Source: Candidatus Anderseniibacteriota bacterium
Lineage (GTDB): Bacteria > Patescibacteriota > Andersenbacteria > UBA10190
Assembly (NCBI GenBank): GCA_040900375.1
Contig: JBBDZC010000003.1
Span: 64,586 to 128,585, forward strand
DNA: 64,000 nucleotides
Reading direction: 5' to 3'
Shown piece by piece: positions 36,541 to 44,452 of the stretch (positions within the stretch are counted from its first letter, which is position 1; every line of letters starts with the position of its first letter). The notes under the pieces are model-generated. The model ran no database searches. It worked only from the letters and a program-made list of their open reading frames with translations, and was not told where the DNA came from. Position numbers and translations under genes: made by a program.

Positions 36541-36972
36541 CTACTGCATTTCCCCTGGCTCTCGCTCGAGCTGCCCCGTGCAACTAAAAGTGCCGCCGCA
36601 GACATCGTAAAATGTCTGTTCCCTCTCCCGCACAACCCGGTAATAAAAATTGTGGCCTTCTTCATAATCAAAGTCTGCCCTCGGCTCTGCCTTATTTTCT
36701 AATGGGGCCCGCACATACCAACCAAGGGCGCCGCTAGTATCGGCCGTCATAATGACATACTGGTAGGGTGCGGGTGGAGTAAACGTCAGGGGATAGGTCT
36801 CGTGCTGGTTAAAATACATTTCTAATTCCCGTTTCAAGCCCGCTACGTCTTCTCGCCGCTGTCCATCACGTCGCTCTCGCCGCGCATGCTGCAGCGACGG
36901 TACCACCATACCTATCACTAGCATAACGAGCAGAGCGACTACCCCTATTTCTTTAAGCGCGCGAGTATTCAT
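36541..36972 (-). CDS. type IV pilin / pseudopilin-like small secreted protein (non-canonical N-terminus)
   Basis: 143 aa. An N-terminal hydrophobic helix 'IGVVALLVMLVIGMVV' is followed by 'RRERRDGQRREDVAGLKRELEMYFNQHETYP'. That matches the conserved pilin segment after the TM helix ('A.d.qR..D...i..ale.Y....g.YP'). The canonical G-F-T-L-I-E prepilin peptidase site is not evident. Confidence 0.45.
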   Translation of the reverse strand: MNTRALKEIGVVALLVMLVIGMVVPSLQHARRERRDGQRREDVAGLKRELEMYFNQHETYPLTFTPPAPYQYVIMTADTSGALGWYVRAPLENKAEPRADFDYEEGHNFYYRVVREREQTFYDVCGGTFSCTGQLEREPGEMQ

Positions 36973-37014
36973 AATCTCTTCAATAGTATACCCAGGTCAG
37001 AGTATAGTGCAGGC

Positions 37015-38598
37015 ATGCACCGGAACACAGAAAAGATAGCGATTATTATCGGACTGCTAGCCATGATTATCGCGCCGCGGATCTTTGACCTCGATGCCTT
37101 CCTCACCGCTGACGAAAAACGGTGGGTCGCCAACACTAATGGTTTTGTGATGAAGCTGGCTGCTCGGCAGTGGGACAATCTATTGCAACAACCCCATCCT
37201 GGTATCACGACCCAGTGGTTTGGTGCGCCCACTATTTTTTCGGACTCATGGACAATACGCAAGTTACCTCTAGTTTTGGCCCAAAGCATATTAGTCCTTC
37301 TCATCGGCTATATTTTTTGGCGACTATGGGGAACCCTCCCGGCCATCCTGCTGACTCTACTCCTTGGTCTTAATCCTCCCCTGGTTGCTCACACTCGCGT
37401 TTATGCCATGGATTCTCTCTTGGCTTTATTTTTGCTCTTGTCCCTTGGGTGCTTACTCACCTGGAAAAAATATCAGCAATGGCAGTACCTGGTTTTTGCG
37501 GCGGGGGCGGCAGCGGCAGCTATCCTCTCAAAACTGCCCGGAATTTTGATCCTGCCGTTTACTCTATTATTTCTTCTGTGGCACGCTCTCTCCACTAGAC
37601 GTTATCGCCACACATTGCGAGCGCTCGCTCTATGGAGCCTCATATTGCTCACCAGCCTCGTCTTAATTCTTCCTTCGTTGGCGACAAATACACAAAATGT
37701 CATCAACGAATTCCGCAGCTTCTTTGACTCGGATGACTATCAGGAACTACACCAAGAAGAACCCACCTACTACCTGCGCTCGTTGATCTTTTTCTCTACT
37801 CCCCTTCAATTGTTCTCCCTCGTTTTACTGCCGCTGACTGCTATCTGGCTTTACTACCGCCAGGTGGTACCAAAAACACAGATTTCACGGGCGGAAGCAA
37901 TCTGGCTCATACTGTTCGGTATCAGCTTCGTCGCTATGATGAGCCAGGGTCTAAAAAAAGGCGACCGCTACGTTTTGCCCGCTTTTCTTATATGGGATAC
38001 CGTCGTAGTTATAACAGTTTGGTGGTTATTGACCATTATTCGGCATGATGTTTTCCAGCTTACCAGTTTGCTTAGAATCAACAAACAAGCGGGTGACGCG
38101 CCGGGGGACCCGACCCCAAAGCATCATTCATCACATCTTGCAGCAAACTACCTACCCACTCTCTGGATCGGCGGGGTGGTGCTTATGCTCATCCTGCAGG
38201 CTGCTACCCTCTGGCAGCTCCATCCCTATGCTTTAGCCTATGTCAATCCTCTGACTAAACCCTTCTTCGGCGAACGCCGTTTAGGCTGGGGTGAGGGTTT
38301 AGATCTAGCCGCCTTATATCTTGGCGCTCAACCTGATAGCAAGCACTTAAAAGTGGCGGCTTACTATCCCATTGAATTCTCACTGCATTTTCCTGGCGAA
38401 GTCGTACCGGCCCATCAACATGAGCATGAGAGTGTTGACTACATAGTCCTCTACCGGGCGATGTATGAACGAGGCCCCCAAGCTTGGGAAACCGATGTTT
38501 TGCAGTATTATAAAGACAAGACCCCAGAAAAAGTGATCAGTTTAAACGGCATTGAGTACGTGTGGATTTATTCGCAGTCACCAAGTAGTCATGATTAG
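37015..38598 (+). CDS. GT-C glycosyltransferase, PMT/ArnT-like ('LTADEKRW' motif)
   Basis: 527 aa. 'DLDAFLTADEKRWVANTNGF', 'KKGDRYVLP' and a C-terminal 'NGIEYVWIYSQ' parallel 34205..36319 and 52898..54979. Confidence 0.65.
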   Translation: MHRNTEKIAIIIGLLAMIIAPRIFDLDAFLTADEKRWVANTNGFVMKLAARQWDNLLQQPHPGITTQWFGAPTIFSDSWTIRKLPLVLAQSILVLLIGYIFWRLWGTLPAILLTLLLGLNPPLVAHTRVYAMDSLLALFLLLSLGCLLTWKKYQQWQYLVFAAGAAAAAILSKLPGILILPFTLLFLLWHALSTRRYRHTLRALALWSLILLTSLVLILPSLATNTQNVINEFRSFFDSDDYQELHQEEPTYYLRSLIFFSTPLQLFSLVLLPLTAIWLYYRQVVPKTQISRAEAIWLILFGISFVAMMSQGLKKGDRYVLPAFLIWDTVVVITVWWLLTIIRHDVFQLTSLLRINKQAGDAPGDPTPKHHSSHLAANYLPTLWIGGVVLMLILQAATLWQLHPYALAYVNPLTKPFFGERRLGWGEGLDLAALYLGAQPDSKHLKVAAYYPIEFSLHFPGEVVPAHQHEHESVDYIVLYRAMYERGPQAWETDVLQYYKDKTPEKVISLNGIEYVWIYSQSPSSHD

Positions 38599-40048
38599 AT
38601 TCCTTAAAAAGCCGCGTCTCTCGCCTGATACAGTTGCGCTCTTGCTCCTCCTAGGCCTGTGCCTAGTCGCCAACAGTATGTATCTCCACCGCGTGCCTGG
38701 GCTTTTGGGTGATGAGGGTTCAGAAGGGGAAAATGTATTCAATATTTTGGACACCAAGAAGCTAACGGTTGTTGGTGAACGCTCGTACATTGGCCCGTTG
38801 ATTGACTATGTCCGCATCCCAGCTGTGCTCCTTGTCGGTTTTAACGCTCTGTCCCTGCGGCTCATCATGTTGCTGGCCACGCTTGTGATGTTCATCGTGG
38901 CCGCCTCTGTACTACGAAAGTTGTTTGGTACGAGTGCCTCTTTGTATATTCTTACCTTTCTCTTTTTCTCCCCCATCTATCTTCTCTACCAACGGCTGGG
39001 TTGGGCTATTACGCTCATTCCTCTGGGAATAATCCTCATGCTCTGGACCTGGCAACAGGCCTGGCACAAGCGCTCCCTTGTAGTGGGCTTACTAGGGGGC
39101 TTGTCTTTAAGTAACCATTTTATCTTCTTGCCCTCACTCGTGGCTGTCGCGGCTCCTTTTGCCCTAGGCACACTTCTCAAGCCGCACCAGGCTAAGCAGT
39201 GGCTCTTGGCCGGTGTTGGATTCTGGGCAATGTTTGGCACCCAGTTTGCGGTTTTAAGTCTAGCTCCTGAAGACCAAGGTGACCCTAGTGAGGTCGTCAG
39301 TAGTGTTGGTGAGCGGCTCGCGCAACTACCAACGGTGCTACCTGGTTTACTCTCTGGTTCAGCATACTCTGCGCTCTACACGGGCGAACCCTTTCCTGCC
39401 CTTTCCATCACCCTGATTACTGTCAGCCTTGCCCTTCTTGCAAGTCTTGCCCTTCTCTTGAGCGAGCGGCGGCGATATGTCCTTGTGTGGGTACTCTGTA
39501 CTATCCTCCAGCTGGTAGTTTTAAACCTAATAATTGATCGGTTCGCCGTGCGATATTTTGTAATTGCTGTTTTAAGCACCTGGGCGCTGGCTGGCTACGG
39601 ATTCTACGCCATTATTAAACGAGTGGCGCCCTCGTCAGTCCGTCTCCATGGCGTGCTGCCAGTGCTTATTGCCCTTGGTTTCATCACCGCCGCTGGTGTC
39701 ACTACCCTGCAGCCATATCTAAAAACTGGTGGCAGTACTGCTCCTGTTGTCCTGACCCCCCAGCGCTCGGAACAAGCCGCCGCTTTTGTCGCCCTCGATC
39801 CACTCCTGGCGTGCGTGCGAGGAGCGGGTCCAGTCTTCGCCGAAGACATTCATATCTACAACCGCCTCTATTATCTCCAACATAGTTTAAATGATTTAGT
39901 CGTGCCGCTTGAGAGCTCTACGGCCCGCTGGCTGGTAGCGTACCGAGAGCCCCAGGAGATGAGCCCCCGCGCCGATGAACGCTGTCCTGACCTAGCGCAT
40001 TTCCGAGTGACGCCGTATGTCACCACCCCAGACTCGATTGAGGAATGA
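38591..40048 (+). CDS. polytopic membrane protein, putative GT-C glycosyltransferase
   Basis: Start set at Met 38591 ('MIRFLKKPRL'), which overlaps the upstream stop as ATGATTAG. It has the loop motif 'GLLGDEGSEGENVF' and about 11 helices. Its stop codon lies inside repeat element copy B. Confidence 0.5.
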   Translation: MIRFLKKPRLSPDTVALLLLLGLCLVANSMYLHRVPGLLGDEGSEGENVFNILDTKKLTVVGERSYIGPLIDYVRIPAVLLVGFNALSLRLIMLLATLVMFIVAASVLRKLFGTSASLYILTFLFFSPIYLLYQRLGWAITLIPLGIILMLWTWQQAWHKRSLVVGLLGGLSLSNHFIFLPSLVAVAAPFALGTLLKPHQAKQWLLAGVGFWAMFGTQFAVLSLAPEDQGDPSEVVSSVGERLAQLPTVLPGLLSGSAYSALYTGEPFPALSITLITVSLALLASLALLLSERRRYVLVWVLCTILQLVVLNLIIDRFAVRYFVIAVLSTWALAGYGFYAIIKRVAPSSVRLHGVLPVLIALGFITAAGVTTLQPYLKTGGSTAPVVLTPQRSEQAAAFVALDPLLACVRGAGPVFAEDIHIYNRLYYLQHSLNDLVVPLESSTARWLVAYREPQEMSPRADERCPDLAHFRVTPYVTTPDSIEE

Positions 40049-40205
40049 AGCCGCCCCCGCTAGGTTACGCGGGGTATCCTAACTCCGCCCAAGCTTCGCT
40101 CTTGCGAGACAGGGCGGCTGCGTTGCTTAAGGAATCGGCGGAGCCGACTCCTTAAGGGAACCCCCCATCCCCGCCACAAGTGGCGGGATTTACGGGGGCA
40201 TTAAG
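40044..40205. repeat. intergenic repeat element copy B
   Basis: It shares both arms with 36353..36535. The core is replaced by a near-perfect 13 bp stem hairpin 'cttaaggaatcgg-cggag-ccgactccttaag' (40126..40156). It lies between convergent genes. Confidence 0.7.
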
Positions 40206-40217
40206 CAAAAAGATCGT

Positions 40218-42095
40218 TTACTGGTATGACCGCTGGGCAATCCATCGGTCATACCAGAGCTGCCATGTTAGTAATGTCCATAACTTTTTACGGTGATCGT
40301 GCCGACCGCGCTTATGCTCATAAAGCAAGCGTTGCACGGCTGCAGGCTGCAATACCCCGTCAGCAGCCAGCTTAGATGAATTGAGAACAGTTGTTGCCCA
40401 GTCATAGAGCGGCCCTTTGAGCCAGTAGCCTAAAGGAATGCCAAATCCTTTTTTGGGCCGATCAATAATTTCAGCCGGAATGCGACCGCGCATAATCTTT
40501 TTTAAAAGATATTTATTACGCTTCAAATGCGCGGGTAGGCGCATAACAAATTCCGCCAGATCAATATCTAAGAAAGGCGTACGCGCCTCTAATGACACCA
40601 TCATCGCCGCCCGATCAAGCTTAACCAAAATGTCGTTGTGTAAATAATGAACGACCGTTAGCAGCGACACTGCATCCAGGGTCTCCAGCTGACTCATCCG
40701 CGGCGCTAAAGCCTCGATGTCGGAAAATAAACTGCCCGGTGTGTGCCACTGCGGCTGGAGTAAATCTTGCATTTCTCGCTCTGTAAATGAACCAAGCCAT
40801 ATTTGATTACGGCTGCCCAGGGGATAGCCTAAACCTTTAAGAAATGATTTGAGTTTAAAATCAAAGGAAAAATTGCTGTATTTTGGCGGATACAAATTGA
40901 CTACTTGCTGCAGTAAGATAGTCGCCCACGCTGGCAACCACCGCAAGCGCTCGGCCCAGATAGCCGCTGAAAAAGTGCCGTAGCCAGCAAAGAGTTCATC
41001 GCTGCCATCGCCATCGAGTCCCACTGTAATGTATCGCCGAGCAATCTTACTGACCTGATACATAGGTAGGAGTGAAGCATCGGCCAGCGGTATATCAATA
41101 CTGGGTCCTACCGCAGCGAGCGTCTCGTGAAAAGACTTAAGATTAAATTTCACCGTGTGGTGAATAGTCTGGAGAGCGCGAGCTGCCCCATAGGCATACT
41201 GCGATTCGTCAAAAGAGCGCTCATTAAAAGACACGGAAAATGAATGAGTCTGCTTCCCGGCGTCAGCCAGATAGGCCGTAATCGCCGTGGAATCTAACCC
41301 CCCGCTCAAGAAAACACCTACGGGCACATCAGCCACCTGGCGCCGGGAAATAGCCACCCTAAGCTTTTGTTCTAGTTGCTCACCAGCCTCGTCTTCCGAG
41401 GTAAACTGTCGCTTTGGCAGATATGTTGGCCGCCACCACTCGCGAACACTAAATTCCTTGTCCGTAACGAACGCGTAATGACCAAGCGGGATTTGGTGAA
41501 TATCGCGGTAGATGGTAGTCGGAGCGGGCACATATTCATATAAGAAATATTTACTGACGGCTGACGGCTGGAGCTGGCGTGATACCCGAGGATGAAGGAG
41601 TAGTGATTTTGGTTCCGAAGCAAACAAAAAAACGTGCGGATCATTAAAATAATAGAGGGGTTTCTTGCCAAATGGATCACGCGCGAGAATTAGCGTCTGC
41701 TGCTGGCGATTCCACCATGCAAAAGAAAACATCCCCCGCAATAGAGACAAAGCAGCGACACCTTGTCTCGCCAACAAATGGAGGAGGACTTCAGTATCAG
41801 AGGTTGAAACTAAAGGAACATCCCTAAGATATCGCTGCTGTAGTTCTCTAAAATTATAAATTTCACCATTAAAAACTATCGTATGCTGCCTATCAGGCGT
41901 GGACATCGGTTGTCGGGCGAGCGATGAAAGATCAAGAATGGCCAGCCGGCGGTGGGCCAATCCGAGATTACCATCAACATACAACCCCTGGTCATCCGGA
42001 CCACGGTGAGCGATCGCTGTTGCCATTGTTGACAATAGTGAAGTGTCAACGCCGTTTGCGCTTTGACGGTCCCACATGCCCACAATGCCGCACAT
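40218..42095 (-). CDS. asparagine synthase (glutamine-hydrolysing) family amidotransferase, second copy
   Basis: 'MCGIVGMWDR' with Cys2 (start set at 42095; the ORF extends 9 codons upstream). 'RGPDDQG', 'LAILDL' and the PP-loop 'SGGLDST'. About 35% identity by eye to 10834..12732. Confidence 0.85.
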   Translation of the reverse strand: MCGIVGMWDRQSANGVDTSLLSTMATAIAHRGPDDQGLYVDGNLGLAHRRLAILDLSSLARQPMSTPDRQHTIVFNGEIYNFRELQQRYLRDVPLVSTSDTEVLLHLLARQGVAALSLLRGMFSFAWWNRQQQTLILARDPFGKKPLYYFNDPHVFLFASEPKSLLLHPRVSRQLQPSAVSKYFLYEYVPAPTTIYRDIHQIPLGHYAFVTDKEFSVREWWRPTYLPKRQFTSEDEAGEQLEQKLRVAISRRQVADVPVGVFLSGGLDSTAITAYLADAGKQTHSFSVSFNERSFDESQYAYGAARALQTIHHTVKFNLKSFHETLAAVGPSIDIPLADASLLPMYQVSKIARRYITVGLDGDGSDELFAGYGTFSAAIWAERLRWLPAWATILLQQVVNLYPPKYSNFSFDFKLKSFLKGLGYPLGSRNQIWLGSFTEREMQDLLQPQWHTPGSLFSDIEALAPRMSQLETLDAVSLLTVVHYLHNDILVKLDRAAMMVSLEARTPFLDIDLAEFVMRLPAHLKRNKYLLKKIMRGRIPAEIIDRPKKGFGIPLGYWLKGPLYDWATTVLNSSKLAADGVLQPAAVQRLLYEHKRGRHDHRKKLWTLLTWQLWYDRWIAQRSYQ

Positions 42096-42160
42096 GCTGC
42101 AAGGGTAAAGTTTACCCTGCATCTTTGCAAAATAGATCCCTTCGGTGCGAAGATCAGAGA

Positions 42161-44452
42161 ATGGTCAATGATACAAATCTCCCCGCCATCACTACTTACC
42201 ATTATATCTTGCCCCTACTTATTGTAGGTTTATTTAGTCTCCTAACTTATGCAGTCTTTACGAAAGCTCCTCTTGAACACGAGGAACGCCCTGTCACTGA
42301 ATTTGATGCCAGCAGCCCACCCCTTGTTCTATCCGTCACCGAAACTACCTCTCACCGCTTCATTGCCCCAGGCGAAAAAATCACCGGCGTTGCTATCTAC
42401 GCGCAAGCCGCTCCCCCAGGCACGCTAAAACTTACCTTAACCAACGAAGCGAATAGGGATTCAGTAAGTAGTACAATCGCCGCGACCACCGTGCAAGGCA
42501 ACACTACTAAAATAACTATGCCGGTGTCTGGTCTGCAGACCAAAATTAAAGATCCGATTCTTTTGGAAATCACTCGCTTGCAAGGTCGCCCGCTCCCGCT
42601 GGCCACTAACCAGGCTGGTATCCTCACCTTCTCTTTGCGTATCCCTCTGCCCACTAGTTTCGGCGCCCAGCAAGGCGCTCTAGCCGGGATTGTTGTTCTT
42701 CTAGCACTACTGGCTACCCAACTTTTCCCACAACTACGCCTAACTATAGTTGTTCTTTTACTATGCCTACTCCCCCTTGTGGCGGTAGGCGGATTTTGGT
42801 TCTCCGATGAAGCGTGGGGGGTAGCTGACTGGGACTACCGTTTTTCTCTGCATGAAATCTACCGCCGCACTATACTTGTCTTCCACGAATTTCCTTTTTG
42901 GAACCCTTATACCTGCGGCGGTGCTGCCGGTCTTGCCGATCCTGAATTTTCAGTTTTCAGTGGTACGTTTTTTCTGGAATTACTCTTTGGGATACCGCGT
43001 GGTACAAAAGCGGCCATCTATGCCGGAATTGTCGTGATGAGCGTTGGCACTTTCACCTTAGCCCGGCACCTGCGGCTTTCCTGGCAAGCAGCTACCCTGG
43101 CAGCTATTATCACGACGTACAGTAGCGCGTTTATTCTCAAGATAGTTGAAGGCCATGTCACAATCGTCTACGCGTACATGTGGGTGCCATTGATATTCTG
43201 GTCTTGGTTAAATGCTTACGCCACCGCTTCCGCTAAGCCCGCGCGCTATAATCCCTGGAACTTGCTCTGTGGCGTCTTACTTACTCTCACCTTTTTCCAA
43301 GGAGGTGTTTACATTCTGTCATACACCCTTGGCGCCCTCCTAATCCTGGTCCTGCTGGTTAAGCACCCACGTCGGGCCGCGCGCGTCACGATCACGTCCG
43401 GCCTCTGGTTTGCCGGTCTAAGCAGTATTAAATTACTGCCTGTCATTGCTTGGCTGTACCACTTTCCCGATGATTTTTTTGTTCCCTCCACTCACACCCT
43501 TACCTATTTATCAGATATTTTTCTGCGGCGGCACCAACACGGCAGCTTTATTCTGCCGGCGCAACAGAGCGGCTGGCACGAATACGGTGCCTACGTGGGA
43601 TACGGCGTCCTCGCTCTTGGCTTGATAAGCCTCTCGCAACTCCGTCGCAGCCACCTTGTGCGGCCCTTGTTCATTGCTGTCCTGGCAAGCATCGTCGTCG
43701 CTTCCACCGGACCGTGGCTGATAACAGTTTTTGATATCATACCGTTTATCCCTCGCTCAAACATTTCCCGCGTAGCTCTTTTTACCGTTCTGTCGGGCGC
43801 GTTGCTGGCCGGCATTGGGCTTGATGTTCTCCGTCGCCGCTTTCCCTCTCGCTCTATGATCCCGCTGATGATCATCAGCTTCATTGCGATTGATCTCTTG
43901 AGTCTAAGTTACTCTATTTCCGAACAGGCCTTTATTATCCCGCCCCGCGTGCCTGCAGTTTCCCCGGCTCCAAAGCCGCTTGCTTATACAGAAGCAACTG
44001 ATACTGTTCGCCGCGCGGGCCATGATCACAATCGTGCTTATGCTTCGACGCTGGCCGGCTATGGTACATTTACCTTTTGTTCGGTACTTGGCCCGCAAGC
44101 TAGTGTTGCTACAATACAAAACAATGACATTCCCCCCACGGTCTACCGTAAACATGACAACCAGGCTATGAATATTACCCAGTGGTCACCCAATCAGTTG
44201 ACTGTCGCGGGGCCCGTCTCCGCCGACAGTACCGTCATTGTTAACATGAACTACGCGCCTGGTTGGCTTGCCAATAAACAGCCTGCCCACAGTGAATCAG
44301 GGCGGCTCGCTACCACCGTCAAGCAGAACGAAGATTCGATAGTCTTTACGTACCATCCCCCCCTGCTAAAGACCGGCCTCATCATTTCTCTAGGTACTAG
44401 TCTTACCGCCCTGGCTATGCTGCACCACAGGCGCCGCCACAAAGCACTATGA
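42161..44452 (+). CDS. YfhO-like GT-C membrane protein with N-terminal soluble module
   Basis: Start reassigned to ATG 42161 ('MVNDTNLPAI'). The ORF-track start 41924 lies inside the convergent asnB gene. It has an N-terminal TM, then the module ('PLVLSVTETTSHRFIAPGEKITGVAIYAQAAPPGTLKLTLTN'), then the polytopic region with 'FPFWNPYTCGGAAGLADPEF'. Confidence 0.65.
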   Translation: MVNDTNLPAITTYHYILPLLIVGLFSLLTYAVFTKAPLEHEERPVTEFDASSPPLVLSVTETTSHRFIAPGEKITGVAIYAQAAPPGTLKLTLTNEANRDSVSSTIAATTVQGNTTKITMPVSGLQTKIKDPILLEITRLQGRPLPLATNQAGILTFSLRIPLPTSFGAQQGALAGIVVLLALLATQLFPQLRLTIVVLLLCLLPLVAVGGFWFSDEAWGVADWDYRFSLHEIYRRTILVFHEFPFWNPYTCGGAAGLADPEFSVFSGTFFLELLFGIPRGTKAAIYAGIVVMSVGTFTLARHLRLSWQAATLAAIITTYSSAFILKIVEGHVTIVYAYMWVPLIFWSWLNAYATASAKPARYNPWNLLCGVLLTLTFFQGGVYILSYTLGALLILVLLVKHPRRAARVTITSGLWFAGLSSIKLLPVIAWLYHFPDDFFVPSTHTLTYLSDIFLRRHQHGSFILPAQQSGWHEYGAYVGYGVLALGLISLSQLRRSHLVRPLFIAVLASIVVASTGPWLITVFDIIPFIPRSNISRVALFTVLSGALLAGIGLDVLRRRFPSRSMIPLMIISFIAIDLLSLSYSISEQAFIIPPRVPAVSPAPKPLAYTEATDTVRRAGHDHNRAYASTLAGYGTFTFCSVLGPQASVATIQNNDIPPTVYRKHDNQAMNITQWSPNQLTVAGPVSADSTVIVNMNYAPGWLANKQPAHSESGRLATTVKQNEDSIVFTYHPPLLKTGLIISLGTSLTALAMLHHRRRHKAL

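Noticed and set aside
36354-36702. Overlapping small ORFs 36354..36587(+), 36394..36702(+) and 36374..36583(-)
   Set aside because: They coincide with the repeat element and the 3' end of the pilin-like gene. They are mutually overlapping in different frames and have Ala/Arg/Pro-rich low-complexity products. The element is more likely non-coding.
36353-40205. Possibility that the two repeat copies are a CRISPR array or tRNA genes
   Set aside because: There are only two copies, about 3.7 kb apart and about 180 bp long, with divergent cores and no regular spacer structure, so it is not CRISPR. No cloverleaf, no GTTCRANYC T-loop and no CCA context, so not tRNA.
41924-42160. 5' extension of ORF 41924..44452
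   Set aside because: It overlaps the convergent asnB-2 coding region. Its translation (MKDQEWPAGGGPIRDYHQHTTPGHPDHGER...) looks like an antisense artefact. Met 42161 precedes the first TM helix.
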